Virus record (IMG/VR): IMGVR_UViG_3300026488_000010 | Source: a virus | Strand: one strand, 5' to 3' | Length of the DNA: 64,000 bases | Part shown: piece after piece, positions 1-9,233 of the stretch | How the letters are laid out: every line of letters starts with the position of its first letter | How positions within the stretch are numbered: the stretch's first letter is position 1 | Made by a program: the position numbers and the translations under genes | Notes under the pieces: model-generated | Told to the model about the DNA's origin: nothing | Databases searched by the model: none | What the model saw: the letters and a program-made list of their open reading frames with translations, nothing else

Positions 1-38
1 ATAATGGATATAAAGATTGGATAATTATTGCAGATACT

Positions 39-221
39 TTGGAAAATACCACATTATCACCAACTGAACATTTTCCTGAAATGGTTGATAAACAATTAGA
101 AATTGACAGAACAAAATTTGATGTTACTATTTTGAATCATTCAATAACTGATTCAAATAATAAGTTCTGGATAACATTAACTTTAGGTATAACACCAATT
201 AAAAAACAAAGAAGGTTTTAA
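39..221 (+). CDS. hypothetical protein (60 aa)
   Basis: ORF in the tightly packed + strand run; no recognisable motif. Confidence 0.5.
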   Translation: MENTTLSPTEHFPEMVDKQLEIDRTKFDVTILNHSITDSNNKFWITLTLGITPIKKQRRF

Positions 222-222
222 A

Positions 223-495
223 ATGAATGATTATATAGATTGTGATGAACGTAATCGCACAATGCAGTTACGAGATGGATCAAATATAAATCAAGGAGAA
301 ACTGATTTATATTTTTGGCAATATAATAAATTAGGAGGATTCTTAACAAAAATATTTGATGCGATGGCAGTGGCCGACACGACAAATTTAAATAAGATCG
401 CAAAAGGGTTCCCACAACAAGTACAAGCATATAAAGATTATGGTAATCTTAGCGGCTTTTGGGAACAAGTTAAAATAAATATGGAATCAGATTAG
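223..495 (+). CDS. hypothetical phage protein (90 aa)
   Basis: ORF packed 1 nt after the previous stop; no motif recognised. Confidence 0.65.
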   Translation: MNDYIDCDERNRTMQLRDGSNINQGETDLYFWQYNKLGGFLTKIFDAMAVADTTNLNKIAKGFPQQVQAYKDYGNLSGFWEQVKINMESD

Positions 496-503
496 GAGTC
501 TAC

Positions 504-719
504 ATGGGAGACACAAAAACAACAAGACGAAAGACATTTGAATATTATATGTTTTCAACATCAAATTCTGGTGAGATGAATAAAGAGATCGAAAGACGTT
601 TAAAAAAAGGTTGGGAAATTAGTGAAAAACAATTCAAGATGAGTAATGGTGGCAATAATAGAGCATACGCAATATTATTTGAAAAAGAAAAAAAGAAAAA
701 GGATAATTATGTATTTTGA
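504..719 (+). CDS. small DUF1737-like protein
   Basis: AGGAG RBS; pattern EY..F......EM.KEI...LKKGWEI resembles DUF1737-type small proteins. Confidence 0.5.
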   Translation: MGDTKTTRRKTFEYYMFSTSNSGEMNKEIERRLKKGWEISEKQFKMSNGGNNRAYAILFEKEKKKKDNYVF

Positions 720-1152
720 TAATATTATGAAAGATAATAAAGTATACTCATTAATATATGGATTTGGTATTGTTAAAAATGTTGTTGATACAAAAAGCAG
801 ATTAGACGGCTTTTATATATTTTCAGTACAATATGATAATCATAAAATTGTTCATTACACTGCAGATGGTATACCAAATTGGTGTGGGGATGATTGTGGA
901 ACTCAAACAGTATTTTATAAAAATGATATAGATTTTGACAGAGTTGATTTTAAAACATCCGAGGATGTTTTAAGTATTAAAAAAGTAAAAAAACTTAGAG
1001 GTACTGGTAAATTGGAGATGAAGTGTCCATCAGGTCTTTGGCGAAATGCTGATGAATGTCCTATAAAAATTATCACAGATGCAATATCTAAATCAAAAAC
1101 TTATCTATTCAGAATGGTTGAGTATATTGGAAAAGAGCGCAGAGATAGATAA
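709..1152 (+). CDS. hypothetical protein (start corrected to ATG 709)
   Basis: AAGGA RBS precedes ATG at 709; the longer track start at 646 overlaps the previous gene. Confidence 0.65.
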   Translation: MYFDNIMKDNKVYSLIYGFGIVKNVVDTKSRLDGFYIFSVQYDNHKIVHYTADGIPNWCGDDCGTQTVFYKNDIDFDRVDFKTSEDVLSIKKVKKLRGTGKLEMKCPSGLWRNADECPIKIITDAISKSKTYLFRMVEYIGKERRDR

Positions 1153-1379
1153 TGAAAGAAGTAATTATTTTAGATTCTTGGACGGCTAAAGGCCTATCAG
1201 AAGAGATTAATGTATATTTAAAAAATGGTTGGAATATATGTGATGCTGTACCAGGAGTTGTACCTGGTAGTGTTCATGGTGCAACATCTGGACATTTTTA
1301 TATAATGCTTGAGCGCGAGATTGAAAATAAAGAAACTAAAGAAACTAAAAAAACTAAAAATGATAAAAAAGGATTTTAA
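1152..1379 (+). CDS. small DUF1737-like protein
   Basis: L.EEINVYLKNGWNI pattern, similar to 504..719; TAATG coupling to the upstream gene. Confidence 0.55.
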   Translation: MKEVIILDSWTAKGLSEEINVYLKNGWNICDAVPGVVPGSVHGATSGHFYIMLEREIENKETKETKKTKNDKKGF

Positions 1380-1448
1380 TGAAATTTACATTTAATAAAA
1401 AAGATTTTAATGAAATTTACATTTAATAAAAAAGGATTTTAATGAAAT
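1363..1448. repeat. 31-32 bp tandem repeat, about 2.7 copies (ATAAAAAA(G)GATTTTAATGAAATTTACATTTA)
   Basis: Copies at 1363-1394, 1395-1425 and partial 1426-1448, read directly. Confidence 0.9.
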
Positions 1449-2254
1449 CTAGCATACCATCCAATGCAAAATCCTCTGTCAGATTTTATAGCTCGTGTCT
1501 GCCAAGATTTATTTTCATATAATATTGTATTGTTTATATATGTTTTACACATTGCACCGTATGGTAAATTTAATTCGTAACATTTTGATTTAAAATTACC
1601 ATTACATTCACATACAACATTATCATTATTATCAAAAATTATTATTTTTTTCGAGTTTGGATTTTTATTTCCTGAAGTGTTTCTATTTTTACATCCTTCT
1701 TTTATAGATGCTCTAATCTTAGCATTAATGATTGGATCAGATTTTGTTCTTCGTTGCTTTTCTGAAGCAGTTTTATAAATATTAGAAGCATCATGGTGGG
1801 TTTTAGACCAATGTTCATTCTTATTATAATATTCTTTTAATGTTTTTGATATTTTTTGAGAGTTGTTTTTATAAAACAACTCTTTTTCATCGATTGACAT
1901 CTTACTGGTAAAATGTTCATCACCTGAATGTATTAGATAAAATGTTACACATTGATTTGCCTTATTTAAAAATTTTGGATGATATCGAACATCAAAATAA
2001 TGATGATATTTAGATTCAAATTTTATAGCATCTTTGCGATTATTAAAAATATATAATATTTTATATTTAAATCTCGGATGATCTTTTTTTTGATCAATTA
2101 TAAATTGTTTATTAGTCGAAGAAGAATAATATACATTACCTAGATCATCAATGGGTAATATATTACAACTTCTTGAACCAACATAATGCATTGAATTGTG
2201 TTTATCAGTTATTCGATAAACATAATGATATTGTTTCGTTGTATTATTTGACAT
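1439..2254 (-). CDS. free-standing GIY-YIG homing endonuclease (Seg-like)
   Basis: N-terminal HYVYRIT...HYVGSR GIY-YIG motif, E in AIKFES, basic C-terminal DNA-binding repeats (SGNKNPNSKKI); AAGGAG RBS. Confidence 0.85.
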   Translation of the reverse strand: MSNNTTKQYHYVYRITDKHNSMHYVGSRSCNILPIDDLGNVYYSSSTNKQFIIDQKKDHPRFKYKILYIFNNRKDAIKFESKYHHYFDVRYHPKFLNKANQCVTFYLIHSGDEHFTSKMSIDEKELFYKNNSQKISKTLKEYYNKNEHWSKTHHDASNIYKTASEKQRRTKSDPIINAKIRASIKEGCKNRNTSGNKNPNSKKIIIFDNNDNVVCECNGNFKSKCYELNLPYGAMCKTYINNTILYENKSWQTRAIKSDRGFCIGWYARFH

Positions 2255-2278
2255 TTTGGTCTCCTTATGTTTTATAAT

Positions 2279-2286
2279 TATTTGTT
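2279..2286 (-). promoter_or_regulatory. candidate late promoter AACAAATA
   Basis: Motif 25 nt upstream of the GIY-YIG start; the same motif precedes several structural operons. Confidence 0.5.
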
Positions 2287-2303
2287 AATATAGTGGAGTT
2301 GTT

Positions 2304-3806
2304 ATGAAAGAAAATATTAAAGTTAAATATAAAGGTATAGATATAGAGATTATACTTATACATGTCGCTGGGTCAAGGTTATATGGCACATCAAATAGTG
2401 AATCAGATTGGGATTATCGAGGAGTATTCATATCTGATATAAAATCAAAAGTTGGCTTATTAGAACAATTAGAAATAATCGAATCTCGTAATGATAAAGA
2501 ATTTTTTATTAAATTAAATAATGATTATAATTTAGGTATGAAAGATTGCGATGATATCGTTTTATGGGAAATTAAAAAATTTACAGAAATGTTGTCAAAT
2601 GGGAATCCAAACACATTAGATTCAATAACTTTTGATAGCCTTTCAGATGCAAATATTTATTGTAATGATCAAGGACATTACTTGCTTAGTCATAAACAAT
2701 TGTTTATGACAAAAAAATTAAAACATACATTCTCAGGTTATGCTATGTCACAGCTACATAAGATCAAAAATCATAATAGATGGATTGAAAAATATCCAAT
2801 GTCAACATTAGTTTTACAAATGTTAGTTACTCATAGAAACAATCGAAGAATTGATCGTACATGGGTTTCTGATAATTTTGGTGGAAGAGTAGCATCTGAA
2901 TTATTTGATGATCATATTTTTCCAGCATTAGCCGTTGATGAAAAATTGCCTACTAATATGAGTGTTGACACATTCTTTAAATGTCATGATGTAGAATATC
3001 CTCAATTCGCTTTTCCTAAAGTAGATATTACTGAACTTAAAAGATATATGATTCCTAGAATGATTGATTATGTAAAAGCATTCGATCAAAAAGCCAAGAG
3101 ATTAGATTTGGATGCACCTTTTGAAATGAGTATAGGAAATGATATCGAAGTATTAACGATTAGAGATTTATTATTAGAATCTGGTTCTTTCAGAGCACTT
3201 GGTGGATCAATATTAAATATTTTTACTGATGGTTCAGGCATCTTTGATAGACAAGGTTCTGTTAAGAAACATCCTCCTGAAGAAGTTGGAGATTTTGTGT
3301 GTTCTATCATTATCGATAAAGATCGTTATAAAGCTGACTTCGACGAAGTCTCTAAAATGTGGAAATGGAAGATTGAACGAAACATTGCAAGATCTGTACT
3401 CGAAGATAAACATGGTTATGATACAAAACATGCAAGTCATTTATATCGATTAATGATTGGAGCTGAACATACTCTTAGAGATTGTTTATTTGACCCTGTA
3501 TTAACAGATGATGATTTACAAATGGTAAAAGATGTTCGATATGGAAAATATGAATATGATGAAATTATAGCATATGCTAAGAAATCAGAAGAGTTATTAG
3601 ATGTATTATATGAATCATCAACATTACCACAAAAGGTAGATATTCATAAAATAAATAAACTATTACTTGAACTTCAAGGTGTGTCGTCGAGTGTGTCGAG
3701 TGTGTCGAGTGTGTCGAGTGTGTCGAGTGTGTTGAGTGTGTCGAGTGTGTCGAGTGTGTCGAGTGTGTCGAGTGTGTCGAGTGTGTCGAGTGTGTCGAGT
3801 GTATAA
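2304..3806 (+). CDS. nucleotidyltransferase (Pol beta superfamily, PF10127/RlaP-like) with (SSV)n tail
   Basis: GSRLYGTSNSESDWDYRGVF signature, GNPN motif, FSGYAMSQL and KHASHLYRL motifs. Confidence 0.85.
   Translation: MKENIKVKYKGIDIEIILIHVAGSRLYGTSNSESDWDYRGVFISDIKSKVGLLEQLEIIESRNDKEFFIKLNNDYNLGMKDCDDIVLWEIKKFTEMLSNGNPNTLDSITFDSLSDANIYCNDQGHYLLSHKQLFMTKKLKHTFSGYAMSQLHKIKNHNRWIEKYPMSTLVLQMLVTHRNNRRIDRTWVSDNFGGRVASELFDDHIFPALAVDEKLPTNMSVDTFFKCHDVEYPQFAFPKVDITELKRYMIPRMIDYVKAFDQKAKRLDLDAPFEMSIGNDIEVLTIRDLLLESGSFRALGGSILNIFTDGSGIFDRQGSVKKHPPEEVGDFVCSIIIDKDRYKADFDEVSKMWKWKIERNIARSVLEDKHGYDTKHASHLYRLMIGAEHTLRDCLFDPVLTDDDLQMVKDVRYGKYEYDEIIAYAKKSEELLDVLYESSTLPQKVDIHKINKLLLELQGVSSSVSSVSSVSSVSSVLSVSSVSSVSSVSSVSSVSSVSSV
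3687..3803 (+). repeat. 9-bp tandem repeat TCGAGTGTG x13 encoding Ser-Ser-Val
   Basis: Directly visible; one copy has TTG and the last ends GTA. Confidence 0.97.
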
Positions 3807-3822
3807 AGCATAAGGAACAAAA

Positions 3823-4059
3823 ATGTTTAAAATGTTTGATATAAAAGATCGATTATATGAGAAAGGTGTTTATAGAATCACATATGAATTATCAGATTCT
3901 AGTACAAAATTGGAAACTTTAATTGAAAATAATGAAAATTTCACATTAGATAATTTAACAGCATTTTTAAAAAAAGTTATCCCAAATTTGGATACAACTG
4001 CTGATAGAATTAATTTAAAGAAAACAGAATTTGAAAGTGTAGCTAAAAGGAGCTTTTAA
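3823..4059 (+). CDS. hypothetical protein (78 aa)
   Basis: AAGGA RBS; TAATG coupling to the helicase gene. Confidence 0.65.
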   Translation: MFKMFDIKDRLYEKGVYRITYELSDSSTKLETLIENNENFTLDNLTAFLKKVIPNLDTTADRINLKKTEFESVAKRSF

Positions 4060-5390
4060 TGATAAATACCGTAAACGGGGCAAATGAAAAACAGTTAGAA
4101 ACATTCAATGGAATTGTTTCAGCAGCAATGACTTTAAAAGATGATGGTGCACCTTTGAATAAGGTGTATTCACTAGTTGGTTCGGCTGGAACAGGAAAAA
4201 CTTGGATATTGACGCAGATAATAAAAGAAGTGTTATCACAGGGTATTAAAGTAGCAATGACCACACCGACACATAAAGCACTATCTGTTGTAACTGATAT
4301 GTTAACCGAAGCAAAAATCACAGATCCAAATTTAATTACTGGAACAATTCATTATTTTTTAAATTTAAAACTTGATTATGGTTTTGGTGATGATGGTTCC
4401 GCTGATAATGTAACAACTAAACCAAAGTTGGTAATTAATAAATTTAATGAGTGTTTACAATATACTGATTTATTAATTATTGATGAGTCTAGTATGGTAT
4501 CAGAAGAGTTATATAAATTAACAATGGAAATATTAGATGATAGATGCAAGATGATATTATTTGTAGGTGATAAATACCAATTACTTCCTGTTGAGGGTGG
4601 AGAAAATATTATTTATGATCATCCAGAGATCATGCATTATCAATTAACAGAAACTGTTCGACAAAAAGAAGGTTCATCTATAATTGAAAAAGCAAATGAA
4701 ATACGAGATTATATAAAATATGGGAATCATCCAGATAATATTTTTGAACTATTTCATGAAACAGATGAAATTAAACTTCTACAAGAAAATGAATTTTTGC
4801 CGGATTATTTTGAAAATGAGCATATTAAAATGATTGGGTCATTTACAAATGTAATGGTTGATCAATATAATGTGTATGTTAGATATGTTGATACAAAAGA
4901 ATTAAATTACTTAGCTGCTGGGGATGAGGTTGTATTTCAAAAACCTTATTCAAATGCATCAGGTGAATTGATTTTTCAAAATGGTGAAACAGTAGAAGTG
5001 CAATCAACAAAAAAAGTATTTGATGATAAAAATAGTGTATGGTATTGGAGATGTAAAGGAAACTCTAGAATGTTTAATGTTTTAGATCCTGAATCAACAT
5101 CAGTGTATAAAGACAAGTTAAAAGAGTTATTAGATTTTGCAAAAACTCAAAAAGGTTACAATAAATCAAATGCTTGGAAAGCATATTTCAAACTTATGAA
5201 TCGTTTTGGAATAATAAAATATTCGTATGCAAGTACATTGCATAAACTTCAAGGTTCAACTACTGAATCAATGTATTTTGATATGAGAGATTTAAAAAGG
5301 TTTTATACTCGTGATAAAGAAGGCGTATTGAGATTAATATATGTTGCAATTACTAGACCAAGTTTAAAGTTGCATATTTTAGGAATGTAA
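4059..5390 (+). CDS. dda: Dda-like SF1B DNA helicase
   Basis: Walker A GSAGTGKT, IIDESSM, VGDKYQLLPV, YASTLHKLQGST, YVAITRP. Confidence 0.9.
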   Translation: MINTVNGANEKQLETFNGIVSAAMTLKDDGAPLNKVYSLVGSAGTGKTWILTQIIKEVLSQGIKVAMTTPTHKALSVVTDMLTEAKITDPNLITGTIHYFLNLKLDYGFGDDGSADNVTTKPKLVINKFNECLQYTDLLIIDESSMVSEELYKLTMEILDDRCKMILFVGDKYQLLPVEGGENIIYDHPEIMHYQLTETVRQKEGSSIIEKANEIRDYIKYGNHPDNIFELFHETDEIKLLQENEFLPDYFENEHIKMIGSFTNVMVDQYNVYVRYVDTKELNYLAAGDEVVFQKPYSNASGELIFQNGETVEVQSTKKVFDDKNSVWYWRCKGNSRMFNVLDPESTSVYKDKLKELLDFAKTQKGYNKSNAWKAYFKLMNRFGIIKYSYASTLHKLQGSTTESMYFDMRDLKRFYTRDKEGVLRLIYVAITRPSLKLHILGM

Positions 5391-5391
5391 C

Positions 5392-5889
5392 ATGATTCCT
5401 AAAAAATTATCAGATACACATGTTTATAAAATTAACGTTGATTTAAATTTCATAAAAGATTTAAAAAAAACAAAACTTGAAACATCAAGTGATCCTCAGT
5501 ATTATTTAAATATATCGAGTACTGAAAATGAAGACTCATATTTATATTTAACACAAAAAGAATATAACTATGCCATGAAGGGATTATTAAATCCCGAGCA
5601 TGCGTTTAATGCTGGAACACTATCAGCATATATTCCTGATAATAAAAAAGATTATATTCATCTAGCATCAGAATTAGCATTTCCTAAAGAATGGTTTGAA
5701 ATTAAAAAATTTAAATATGAAGAAGAATATGATTTTTCTGAAGTGCAAAATCATTTTTTTATGCAATGTGATAGTATGAATGAATTAAATAAAATAGTAA
5801 ATTTGGCGGAAAGTAAAGGATATAAATTAATACAATTTACATTTGATACTTTCTATTTAGAAATGAAGATTACCAAAAAAGGATTCTAA
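5392..5889 (+). CDS. hypothetical protein (165 aa)
   Basis: Packed ORF in the operon. Confidence 0.65.
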   Translation: MIPKKLSDTHVYKINVDLNFIKDLKKTKLETSSDPQYYLNISSTENEDSYLYLTQKEYNYAMKGLLNPEHAFNAGTLSAYIPDNKKDYIHLASELAFPKEWFEIKKFKYEEEYDFSEVQNHFFMQCDSMNELNKIVNLAESKGYKLIQFTFDTFYLEMKITKKGF

Positions 5890-6056
5890 TGAAAACACAA
5901 AAACAGATATATGATACGATTTATAAAAGCAAATTATTTGAGTATAAGATAAGTTGCACTGATGATAAGGCAAGTCGTAAAGCTAACATGTATGCTGTAA
6001 AACATACATGGAGGCTATTCAATGAACAAAAAACTCAATCCAAAATTCGCGGATGA
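5889..6056 (+). CDS. small hypothetical protein (55 aa, not in ORF track)
   Basis: AAGGA RBS, TAATG coupling; reads MKTQKQIYDTIYKSKLFEYKISCTDDKASRKANMYAVKHTWRLFNEQKTQSKIRG. Confidence 0.55.
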   Translation: MKTQKQIYDTIYKSKLFEYKISCTDDKASRKANMYAVKHTWRLFNEQKTQSKIRG

Positions 6057-6447
6057 ACCATTCAGAACTTTTACAGCAATTGTTGAGAATAGAAACACTT
6101 CAGATTTAAATAGATTCGGATATATTCGAATACTTTTAAGAGAAGTTCGCTTAAATGGTAGATTACTATTTAGAGAACATATGTGGATAAAAGATTCAAA
6201 ACATACTAAACATTTAAAAAAGAACACTGTTATTAGATTTAGAGGCAAGATTGAAAAATATATAGATATTGATAACGCAAATGGATACAAAGTCACAGTT
6301 GCATGTATTAGGAATATAGATACTTTATATATTCAAAACACATTAAAAATGCGAAAAGAAATGTATTTACCTAGAAGAATATATAACAGAAGATTAAAAA
6401 AATTTAAGGCTTATAATGATAGGAACACAAATAAAAAAAGCAAATAA
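6022..6447 (+). CDS. basic hypothetical protein, possible OB-fold
   Basis: GGAGG RBS; FTAIV...FG...ILL...EHMWI...VIRFRGKIEKY beta-rich pattern. Confidence 0.6.
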   Translation: MNKKLNPKFADEPFRTFTAIVENRNTSDLNRFGYIRILLREVRLNGRLLFREHMWIKDSKHTKHLKKNTVIRFRGKIEKYIDIDNANGYKVTVACIRNIDTLYIQNTLKMRKEMYLPRRIYNRRLKKFKAYNDRNTNKKSK

Positions 6448-6739
6448 AATCCCGTTTATACAAGCAGTTAGAATTGCACTCGGATTAACAAGCGCTATGA
6501 TATATAACGACATTCGTTGGAAATATAAAAAAGGAGAACCTAGAGTTAGAATTGGTAGAGCTCTTAAAGTTCAGCTACATGATTGGATACCAACACTACA
6601 AGAAATTAGAAATTTGGAAGAAATTCTTGTGAATTATAATTGTAAACTTGTATCACATGGTGTCCCAACTTCTAAAAGTTATAGAGGAATATTAAGAAGT
6701 TACAGATTTAAATTAGAGTTTATTGATAAAAATTTGTAA
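6416..6739 (+). CDS. hypothetical protein (107 aa)
   Basis: ORF filling the operon; start uncertain. Confidence 0.55.
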   Translation: MIGTQIKKANKIPFIQAVRIALGLTSAMIYNDIRWKYKKGEPRVRIGRALKVQLHDWIPTLQEIRNLEEILVNYNCKLVSHGVPTSKSYRGILRSYRFKLEFIDKNL

Positions 6740-6746
6740 TAAAATA

Positions 6747-6788
6747 TTCTATCTTTAAAGATAGAAATTATTAACATAGAAATAATAA
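6747..6788 (+). promoter_or_regulatory. palindrome TTCTATCTTTAAAGATAGAA plus ATAGAAATAATAA element
   Basis: 20-bp perfect palindrome 6747-6766; motif at 6776-6788, 13 nt after the 12-bp core; recurs at other intergenic sites. Confidence 0.75.
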
Positions 6789-6816
6789 CTATAAAAGAAT
6801 TCAAAAAAGGAATTAA

Positions 6817-7737
6817 ATGTATATTAAAAAATTAAAAGAAGAAACTAATATTTTCGGAGACGATATTGCATATGTGCAGCTTTGGGATTTTTCAAAAGCA
6901 AATACAAATGATGAATCAAGAATTGAAGCGATAACAACAGTTGCTAGTATCTGTTATGATAATCCAGGAGTTGTAGGCAAAGAAAGTTTATATAATAGAC
7001 TCGCAGCTGAAGCTAAAGGGCTTCCTAGTTCAAGTTTTGAATTTGTGCCAGTTTTGTTAGACAGAGATAGATTAGAAGATATTGAATTAGCTGCAATTCA
7101 ATATCATAGAGAAGATGCAGGTGATGATGATTTCATTTTAGATGTTGAGAAGTACGGAGAATTTATAACTGTATATGAAGGTAAAGAATCATATCAATAT
7201 CTACTTACAAACTATAGAGCATTGTATCATGATAATGAAAAATATGGTAATCCTAATGATAGTTTTTTAAATTTTTACAATATTAGTAAAATCGAACAAA
7301 AAATTATCTCTGATAATTGGGCAACATTTTTAATGAAGATGGATATGAATACATCAAAGCAACATAATCGTCACCGTATTGTTCTTCAAGAACTTTCACG
7401 CAGATATGTGTCTGGTAAGAAAAACGCTTTTGAATTTTATGTTTCTGAAAAGATGAGAAGTGTTATATCAGAACATTCTGATGATGAATCTAATATTTTT
7501 ACAGATACTGATGAATTAATTCAAATGATGGTTGATCATTACGATGCAGCAATCGCTAAAGGTATCAAACCACAAGAAGCAAGACGAATATTACCGCAGT
7601 CAATGTATACAACTATTTGGTCAGGGTTTTTACCTTTCCAATTAAAGAATTACTTTGCACTTCGTGATGATGATCATGCACAGCATGAAATCAAATGGAT
7701 TGCACAATCAATGAAGAGATTATTAAATGTTTCTTAA
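6817..7737 (+). CDS. thyX: FAD-dependent thymidylate synthase
   Basis: QHNRHR...QELSRRY ThyX motif and PQEARRILPQS. Confidence 0.9.
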   Translation: MYIKKLKEETNIFGDDIAYVQLWDFSKANTNDESRIEAITTVASICYDNPGVVGKESLYNRLAAEAKGLPSSSFEFVPVLLDRDRLEDIELAAIQYHREDAGDDDFILDVEKYGEFITVYEGKESYQYLLTNYRALYHDNEKYGNPNDSFLNFYNISKIEQKIISDNWATFLMKMDMNTSKQHNRHRIVLQELSRRYVSGKKNAFEFYVSEKMRSVISEHSDDESNIFTDTDELIQMMVDHYDAAIAKGIKPQEARRILPQSMYTTIWSGFLPFQLKNYFALRDDDHAQHEIKWIAQSMKRLLNVS

Positions 7738-7993
7738 CGGAATGTTTAATGCATCATTAAGTGATTCAAAAATTACAACAGAAGCTCGAAATGATAAAAT
7801 GATAGTTAATGCTTTATATAATCCCGAAATTATATCAGAAATGGCTTCTGATATATCAAAACAATTAAATGACTCAGAGAATCATTTAATATTAAAACAG
7901 TTAGATGATGATGCATTAGATATTTTAATTAATTTGTGTCAAAAAGAAAAAACAAATCGGGAATTAAATGATCCTGATAGAAATAGGTCTTAA
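7727..7993 (+). CDS. hypothetical protein (88 aa)
   Basis: Packed ORF. Confidence 0.6.
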   Translation: MFLNGMFNASLSDSKITTEARNDKMIVNALYNPEIISEMASDISKQLNDSENHLILKQLDDDALDILINLCQKEKTNRELNDPDRNRS

Positions 7994-7994
7994 T

Positions 7995-8309
7995 ATGGAT
8001 GCTAATAAAACAGAAATTGATATAAAAAATAATTCAGTAATTTTTGAGTTTAAACAAGATGATAAATTTGATGCTGATATTTTAATTAAGATGGAAAAGT
8101 CTTTTTTAGAATTAGATCCAACTAAAATATTAGAAGTTCAACTAAAAGGTCCAGCACCTATTGAAACAGTTGCATACTGCGCTGAAGTATCTTCACATTG
8201 TGATATGATTCTAACGGTGAGTTCAACAGAATCTTTTAAGTTCATCAAAGATTTACAACAAACAAACCCTACAACTATAAAATTAATTCAGGAGAATGAA
8301 AATGGCTAA
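7995..8309 (+). CDS. hypothetical protein (start likely ATG 7995)
   Basis: In-frame ATG just after the previous stop. Confidence 0.55.
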   Translation: MDANKTEIDIKNNSVIFEFKQDDKFDADILIKMEKSFLELDPTKILEVQLKGPAPIETVAYCAEVSSHCDMILTVSSTESFKFIKDLQQTNPTTIKLIQENENG

Positions 8310-9096
8310 AAACGAAATTCAAGTATATGAAGGCGTAATGCTTTGGAATGATACAAATTTTTATGCTAATGGTAAAAAGAAAATGAGTACTGGGACCATT
8401 ACAATGTTTGACACAAATGGTAACCCGAATGAATATAGATATGTATCTTTCAGATCACAAGTATGTATTCAATCTGATGCTATGGGTAAAAATGGTATGA
8501 AAGGTATCAAATGTCAAGTTCATGGATATTTTGAAGAGAATACATACAAAGGTGAAACAACTATGCAAATTATGGTTGATAAACTATTCTTAGAAGGTTA
8601 TGAGCAGCTTGCAGCTGATGCAGAAGCAGCGGGAACACCTTTACCTCCAGTACCCTCTGGTACTCTTCCGAGTACTCCAATTCAACCAATTGTTTCAAAT
8701 GGTATGCCCGCTGCACCTGGAGTTGTTAATGCTCCTCAGCCGAATATTCCTACACCAACTGTTCCAACACACACCTTACCGGCAGCACCTGCAGCACAGT
8801 CTCAATCGGTTCCAGGAGTAGTTGCGGGTGGATACGTTATGCCTATGGGTGGTAATGTTACTGCTCAAGTATTGCAGCCAGTTGCTCAGGCTCAACTGGC
8901 AGTGGGTGTGCCTCAACCAGTGCCTACAGCTCCTGCCGCAGCTCCTGTAATTAATCAGGTGCCTGTGCCACAAGTACCAAAAACACCTAAACCTGCTGCA
9001 TCTTTGCAGCCCCCCGTAATACCAAATCTACAACAACCAATTGTTGTAGAACAGACAGGTCCTGCTTATATACCAGCAGGAGATTTACCAGAATAG
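8302..9096 (+). CDS. ssb: single-stranded DNA-binding protein (OB fold) with long Pro/Ala/Val/Gln-rich tail
   Basis: G.KCQVHGYFEENTYKG...QIMVDKL OB-fold strand pattern, low-complexity linker, GDLPE tip reminiscent of DDIPF; GGAG RBS before ATG 8302. Confidence 0.65.
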   Translation: MAKNEIQVYEGVMLWNDTNFYANGKKKMSTGTITMFDTNGNPNEYRYVSFRSQVCIQSDAMGKNGMKGIKCQVHGYFEENTYKGETTMQIMVDKLFLEGYEQLAADAEAAGTPLPPVPSGTLPSTPIQPIVSNGMPAAPGVVNAPQPNIPTPTVPTHTLPAAPAAQSQSVPGVVAGGYVMPMGGNVTAQVLQPVAQAQLAVGVPQPVPTAPAAAPVINQVPVPQVPKTPKPAASLQPPVIPNLQQPIVVEQTGPAYIPAGDLPE

Positions 9097-9120
9097 GTAG
9101 CTTAGGCTACCTATTTTTTT
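9092..9120 (+). terminator. rho-independent terminator
   Basis: AATAGGTAGC-TTAG-GCTACCTATT followed by a T run. Confidence 0.85.
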
Positions 9121-9233
9121 ATTGCTTATATTTATGATTTTGCGTGTACTCGACGATTAGTATGTATAATACAATAACGCTTGTTATACGCGAAGTATAT
9201 GTGGTATAGAGGTATTAATTTTAAAGGAAAAGA

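Noticed and set aside
9161-9170. TATAAT upstream of the dNMP kinase gene as a host sigma70 promoter
   Set aside because: No convincing -35 or TGn extension, and TATAAT is common at this AT content.
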